From positions 3,029,955-3,093,954 of the forward strand of contig NW_002060949.1 of NCBI RefSeq assembly GCF_000150275.1: a stretch of DNA of 64,000 nt, given 5' to 3'. The notes below the pieces were generated by a model. That model ran no database searches. It was not told the DNA's origin and saw only the letters and a list, made by a program, of their open reading frames with translations. A program made the position numbers and the translations under genes. This DNA comes from Trichoplax adhaerens. Lineage: Eukaryota; Animalia; Placozoa. Each line of letters opens with the position of its first letter. The stretch's first letter is position 1. This document shows positions 57,805 through 64,000 of this stretch, one piece after another.

Positions 57805-60800
57805 ATGGCCATGGCTGAGATTCAAGAAATTGCATTTATTACGGAATCAAACGGTCATTCAGGCTGTATTTCTGCATGGAATTTCCATACCGGTATACAA
57901 TATAAAAGTTATAAAAATGGATGTTGCGCCAAGCATGCCCTTGCAGTGACCGACAGCTATCTCCTTGCTGCACAACCTGGTCAAGCGCTGATCCATGTTT
58001 GGTCCGTTAGCAAAGTAAGCGGTTGAACATGATCATTAATACAGTAGACGTTATTCGACTGATATTAGTTAAGAACTTACGACAACGCTAGAATACTGGA
58101 TAGCTTGAATGTTGGCACTTCATTAATTCTAGCATGCTTAAAGTTGATTGCTATCATGTACTGCACATCATCGAATCATAGCATTACGATCTGCCTGAAA
58201 AATTGTCGTTTGCTGTAGTAGGAGATTTAATGTGCTTGTAGTTGATGACATTTTACTTCTTCTGTGTATGCAGCAAGATTAATATCGAATATCACAATAC
58301 GAGTACTCCTATTTTAACACCAGTTAGTATACAAAAGTTATTAAATGTTAATCATAATATCACGGTTTCATACTAATGTTACCCAGCTATAGCTGTGCTA
58401 GAAAATTTGATATTTTACTGCACGTTACCTCATAGATTCATACTTATATGCTAGTATTTGGAGTATAGTATTATTCACCGGCAATAATATTAAAATATTA
58501 CTTAATGAAAGTGAATGATTCTCTCTGTTTTTAACTTTTTTATGCCTAAAATTAATAATAATACAGGCATAATCGCCTTACTCACCTGCTGTACATCAGT
58601 GATTTAGAATCATTCAGAGTCAAATTGTATCTTATTATAGATCTAGAAGCAGTATGTATGCGTATACTATACTAGTATGTTGTACAGTAGTAAAGGCGAT
58701 TATTTCAATTATTATACAAAATACATATTCATTCCTATATTAGGAGCAGCTTCATATGAAGATTGCTTGCCCAGGTAAAATTACAGCTTTGGCTTGCAGC
58801 CAAGACAGTGCGTATTGTGTCGCTGCTATTGAAGAAAAAGTTTATGTTTGGCAGGTAACTTTGACAGCTTTCATGTCTTAAATGTATGCGTAGTTTTATT
58901 GACTCATACGCAAGTCTGGTTTTCTGACATACCGTGCTACTTCTTCAAATCTTATGTAACAGCTATCGACTGGTAATTTACTGTCAGTACTATCTCGCCA
59001 TTACCAAGCCATTCGATGCATTCGCTTTGTCGATGATTGCTCACATTTTATCACCGGTGGTGATGATGGACTTGTCATTGCATGGAGGCTTGCAGAGTAG
59101 GTCTATCTACGCGTATAAGTTACCAATAGGCCACTACCTACGCCGTAACAGTTAACCTCATTTTTTTAACTATTGTAATCTAATTTCTCATCATTATGAT
59201 CATGCTCATGCTTCATTAGCGTCATTGCTATTGGGAATCAATTCGAAACCGGTAATCGATTAAAATCTCCAAGGTATGTTTGGTCTAATCATTCTCTACC
59301 GATTACAAGTATATTTACCGGATTGGGTGGCTACCAGTCGCGTATTGTGACTACATCCAAGGATCAAACTTGCAAGGCAAGGAGTTGTGTCACTTGTTTT
59401 AAATGATCATATTATATTAGTTTACATTGTACTTTAGTTTTCGATCGCTAAAAAAGTTGTGTAGACCTACTAATGGAATAATATAACGTACTTACTACTA
59501 TACCTTAAATAATTATTTTTAGCTTTGGAATCTAGCTGATGGTCAGCTGCTATACTCATTGGTATTCACTTCTATAGTGTCATCAGCCATAATGGATTCT
59601 ATCGAAGCCAACTTATATGTTGGTACATCCAAAGGGAAAGTCTATCGTATAGACTTGTATTCTACGGTAAAGAAAGCTTATAATTTGATTTGCATTTAGT
59701 AACTTTAACTTAAAAAAGTGTACGTCTTGTCAAATTCTTTAATTTAAGAGGTACCAATTGTCCTTAACACAACACTTATAAATAGTTTACAGGAATAGAA
59801 CAACACATAGACGATGATCATACTCAAGTTGTTAATGGACATAGGTATAGGCCAAAATTTGCTTGTATAGAGATTATTTCAATAGTTAAAGTATAACAGA
59901 TGTTAGCGTACACTGAATATCTATCAATGCATAACATAAATACAAAAACTGAAGTCATAAAATTCAATTAATGCTATACGTATATTTTTACAGTGATGCA
60001 GTCAACTGTTTAAGTACCTCTATTGATGGGAATCTATTATTATCCGCGTCTGAAGACTGCACAGTTAAATTATGGCATACATCCGGCTTTCAATGCATAA
60101 AGATAAATCAATTGAAAGGTCTATAGGAGCTTTTTTCAAATTCTTTGTTATGTGGTCTTACGAGTACTTTGTTAAAGCAGTACATTACATGGTGCAAATG
60201 TTAATATAGGCTATATTGCTTATAACTACAATCATTTTGTTATAATAGGTCCCATTACCAATTTAGCTTTTACTACTGCCCCTCATACGGCAATTAGACC
60301 GAAGGATTTACGAAAGCAATGTTTACCACCTTTGAAACCTTTTAAACGTTATTTATATGATCCAAATGCTGCGATCGATGTAAATATGTCGACTGTTCAA
60401 GGGATGAAATTGTTAGCTCAGGATAGCGTAGATGTGTTATTAAAAGGAAATACTAAGGTAATTTTTCTTTCAGAATTATCAGTGATTTATACTTCATTTT
60501 TAAGTAAATAAATTATGAGGTATTAACTTCCTTTTGTTCTCAAATTTGCTGGTCTAAGGATATTTTCCATTTACAAGGTTAGCATGGATAAAATTTATCT
60601 TACGATAGTTAACTTTACTACTGTTAGTTAATCTCTCATCACTTCCTTATTTATCATGCGTAGATTTTTCATCTAACTCTGGAAAAAATGACAAATTAGA
60701 GCGGAAAATCGTTAATGATGCTATGGTAAGATATAATTTATTAATATACATGTCAAAATAATTACGATGTAGTTTAGTGCTGTAATATCTGTGATTGCTG

Positions 60801-60968
60801 TTTATGATTTAGGAAGCCGTTAGTCGTGAGCGAAAAGATAGTAAAACAAATCTCAATGAGGAAGGAATACAGAATTCTTCTCAATTGCAGGAAGAAATTA
60901 GTAAACTTCGAGAAATTAATAAAAATTTTTACTTGTTTGCTGTAAACGAATTATTTGAACGCAACTGA
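57805..60968 (+). CDS. WDR18: WD repeat protein 18 (Ipi3; Rix1/PELP1 complex)
   Basis: [117 protein letters not shown], and a C-terminal coiled coil [12 protein letters not shown]. Stop at 60966-60968. Confidence 0.92.
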
Positions 60969-61375
60969 AAGCGAATTCATAGTCTACTATAGCTTAATTA
61001 CCAGAACCGAGAACAAAATATGAAGGTATTTACATCCACAACGTACCATTGCAAACGTTTCAAACAATAAATAAATTAACTATTCCTTTACACTGCAAAT
61101 AGTCTATATAAAATTATAAGTAATTACATGTAACATGCTATGCATTATGGACATATGAAAACACTTACAAAACAGTTTGACTGTTATGTAAACTGTAATA
61201 AATATAATTTAGACAATTTTTTCATGTCTGATATTCATGTAGGATATTGTACATTTTATTTTATTCTTGTACTCAATCATGTTAAGCTAGAGGCTTACTG
61301 TATACGAATAGTACTTGTAATTATTACATGGCATAAAACAATACTGTGTGCCATTTTACGATATAAACGAATAAA

Positions 61376-62849
61376 TCACACTGGAATTGGATTTTCTTCG
61401 AATGTTGTATTTGGAGAAGCCGGTGCAATTTCATACTCGTTTTGGCTTGTTGGACGCTTAATTATTTTACATAGATTCTTAAGCTTAGTCAAGAAGTATT
61501 CACCAATTTCAAGCATGGTTAATACACTGGCTCCGATGAAAAGACCTAATTGACCGCCAATGTCACCTACGTAGTTTAATCAGTAATTACGATTCCAGTT
61601 CGTCATCAGAATGGTAAAAGATTGAGTTATTTGCATGGGTACATGATAAAATAGAGATCCTACACTCAAATACTATCAAGACTGAGAGCTCATGATTGCC
61701 TTTTACGCATTGTTATCGCGTACAGTGAAGTTATTTTATAATATATTCGTTAGCGATATAAGTTAATGTATAGTTATATAGAAGGTAATTTTGTAACTAA
61801 GGTAATTCATTAATATTTAGCTTACTTAAGAAAGCGTTAAAGGTGTAGCCCAATTCCTGTATTGCTGTGTTGTATCTCAATCTCTCGAAGAATATATCAA
61901 GGAATATATAATTCTTTCTATGCAACGGAAATTTGAAATAAGCTTTAGTATACTTTATCCTCTAAGTCGACTTTAATATCATAAAGTTTAAAAGGGTATC
62001 TATCAAGTTATACTTGACTATCATATCACTTTAATACTAGAATAGTTCGATTAAGAAGAGTGGTTTTAAATTTACAGTACTGATATTTACAATAACTTAG
62101 CGTAAGTAGTAACCCTTAAAAGGTCCTACATCATTGAGCTTGTCAATCATGCAGGATAACAGAGTGAAGGCCAGAAATTTAGTTTTAGTGTTATAGTTAA
62201 CGCAATTAATACTACTTTTAACAAAATACAATAAAGAAATACTGATGAACAGTTATTCTAAAGGACTTGGACCCTTGCTTAAGTAAATTGCGTTGACTAC
62301 AGTTGTATAAAAGTACTTGGAAATTGATCTTTACATTCCATGCTGTATATTTAATGATATTTTTTACAGTTATGAAATATTAGACTACTTGTTATAAGGT
62401 ACCGAGTGTATCAGATATAATGTAGCTTGTTTTTGCGAATGAATTATGATACCTCATGTATCTGGAAATGGATGAATTTAGTACTCTATTAGCATCTACT
62501 TCATCCAGGTTCAAGCCAAAAAGTGGTGCTTCTTCTGATGTTATCGTTTCAGTTGGTGTCATGGAATAGCTCACCGCTGGATCATACGAAGTCCACAAGC
62601 ATGCTGTTGGACAATAGCAGGAACTATTGTTTATTTCTTCTAAATAAAATGAAAAAAATAGAGAGGTATGAGCTTATTTTTCATCCTTTTGCCGATCACA
62701 CAAAATGCTGTTAGAGAATTCAGTAGGTAAGAAGTTATTACAGATGAGTCAGAAATGTACAGATTAGTACACGTATCTTGTGCATTACTTACCAATATTA
62801 TTAGTCATACACTGATTAATTTGATGCGCTGAACAGAATGGAGCTGAAC
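61376..62849 (-). CDS. DEG/ENaC (ASIC-like) subunit 3, 3' exons only; the 5' part lies beyond the gap or window
   Basis: Exons give GSAPFCSAHQINQC, SSCYCPTACLW, KNYIFLDIFFERL..FNAFL and SDIGGQLGLFIGASVLTMLEIGE...ENPIPV*. Stop at 61378-61376. Confidence 0.9.
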
Positions 62850-62923
62850 CTTTAAAAATGATAGTGTTGTCTTCATGAATGGAATAGAATATTTTTGCAA
62901 TGCATCTAAGCTATTAGACGCCA

Positions 62924-62973
62924 NNNNNNNNNNNNNNNNNNNNNNNNNNNNNNNNNNNNNNNNNNNNNNNNNN
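62924..62973. other. Assembly gap (50 N)
   Basis: Run of N. Confidence 1.
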
Positions 62974-63126
62974 TCTACAGTACTGTACTGTACATACAGT
63001 AGTCAACCGTCAACGCCCTAGTGTACGTTGTACTGTAACAGGATATACTGTACACTGTACACCGTAGTTTCTGCGGACAGCATACTAGCCGGCAACTCTG
63101 TACGCATGCCGCTAATTGCTAGGTAA

Positions 63127-63985
63127 CAGAAACAAGCTTCTGCACTTGAAAACCACTCAAAAATAAGTTAGGGTGCTACTACTGTCTTCTTCGAAGGTCA
63201 GAAACAAGCTTCCACACTTGAAAACCATTCAAAAATAAGTTAGTGTGCTACTACTGCCTTCTTTCAAGTTCGGAAACAAGCTTCCGCACTTAAAAACCAC
63301 TCAAAAATAAGTTGGTGTGCTACTACTGTCTTCTTTCAAGTTCAGAAACAAGCTTCTGCACTTGAAAACCACTCGAAAATAAGTTAGTGTGCTACTACTG
63401 TCTTCTTCGATGGTCAGAAACAAGCTTCCGCACTTGAAAACCACTCAAAAATAAGTTAGTGTGCTACTACTGTCTTCTTTCAAGTTCGGAAACAAGCTTC
63501 CGCACTTGAAAACCACTCAAAAATAAGTTGGTGTGCTACTACTGTCTTCTTTCAAGTTCAGAAACAAGCTTCTGCACTTGAAAACCACTCAAAAATAAGT
63601 TAGTGTGCTACTACTGTCTTCTTCGAAGGTCAGAAACAAGCTTCTGCACTTGAAAACCACTCAAAAATAAATTAGTGTGCTACTACTGTCTTCTTTCAAG
63701 TTCGGAAACAAGCTTCCGCACTTGAAAACCACTAAAAACCACTCAAAAATAAGTTAGTGTGCTACTACTGTCTTCTTCGAATGTCAGAAACAAGCTTCTG
63801 CACTTGAAACCACTCAAAAATAAATTAGTGTGCTACTACTGTCTTCTTTCAAGTTCGGAAACAAGCTTCCGCACTTGAAAACCACTAAAAACCACTCAAA
63901 AATAAGTTAGTGTGCTACTACTGTCTTCTTTCAAGTTCGGAAACAAGCTTCTGCGCTTGANAACCACTCAAAAATATGTTAGTGT
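63127..63985. repeat. 72-bp tandem minisatellite, about 12 copies
   Basis: Unit cagaaacaagcttctgcacttgaaaaccactcaaaaataagttagtgtgctactactgtcttcttcgaaggt starts at 63127, 63199, 63271, 63343 and so on. Two units carry a 9-bp internal duplication. Confidence 0.97.
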
Positions 63986-64000
63986 ACGCGCATAGAGCTT

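Noticed and set aside
58019-58743. Intronic snoRNA in WDR18 (or in EIF2B2/ELOF1 introns)
   Set aside because: No convincing paired C/D boxes with a terminal stem, and no H/ACA structure seen by eye. An Infernal search is needed.
62190-62305. Imperfect ~14-18 bp inverted repeat in a DEG/ENaC intron (possible MITE)
   Set aside because: Short, no clear target-site duplication and no second copy in the window.
63127-63985. 72-bp unit as CRISPR or as a 24-aa coding repeat
   Set aside because: No spacers. The frames I translated contain stops in each unit, and the ORF track shows no ORF here.

Overview
AT-rich (roughly one-third GC) eukaryotic genomic DNA. It is gene-dense with many short GT-AG introns. 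The compact, intron-rich animal-type genes and multiple DEG/ENaC paralogs suggest a non-bilaterian animal, most likely the placozoan Trichoplax; this is inference, not verified. By hand-splicing exons I recover 11 protein-coding genes: SPEF2 (-, 3'-truncated by the window start), EIF2B2 (-), mitochondrial ProRS PARS2 (+), DCAF15 (-), two tandem kynureninases (+), three DEG/ENaC (ASIC-like) channel subunits (-, +, - partial), ELOF1 (-) and WDR18 (+). There are also three tandem-repeat arrays, a local duplication of the KYNU-B promoter and start, a symmetric inverted-repeat element and a 50-N assembly gap. No CRISPR array, prokaryotic gene, tRNA or rRNA is supported. The most notable observations are three. 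(1) The tandem kynureninases differ at the known substrate-specificity residues, and one copy looks bacterial-like (kynurenine-preferring). (2) One DEG/ENaC has a cytoplasmic N-terminus built from five tandemly duplicated, frame-preserving exon units, plus an HG->NG change. (3) A second DEG/ENaC has lost both cysteines of one thumb disulfide, and it carries a PPxY motif and two possible C-termini. A near-perfect RFX X-box also lies upstream of the ciliary gene SPEF2.
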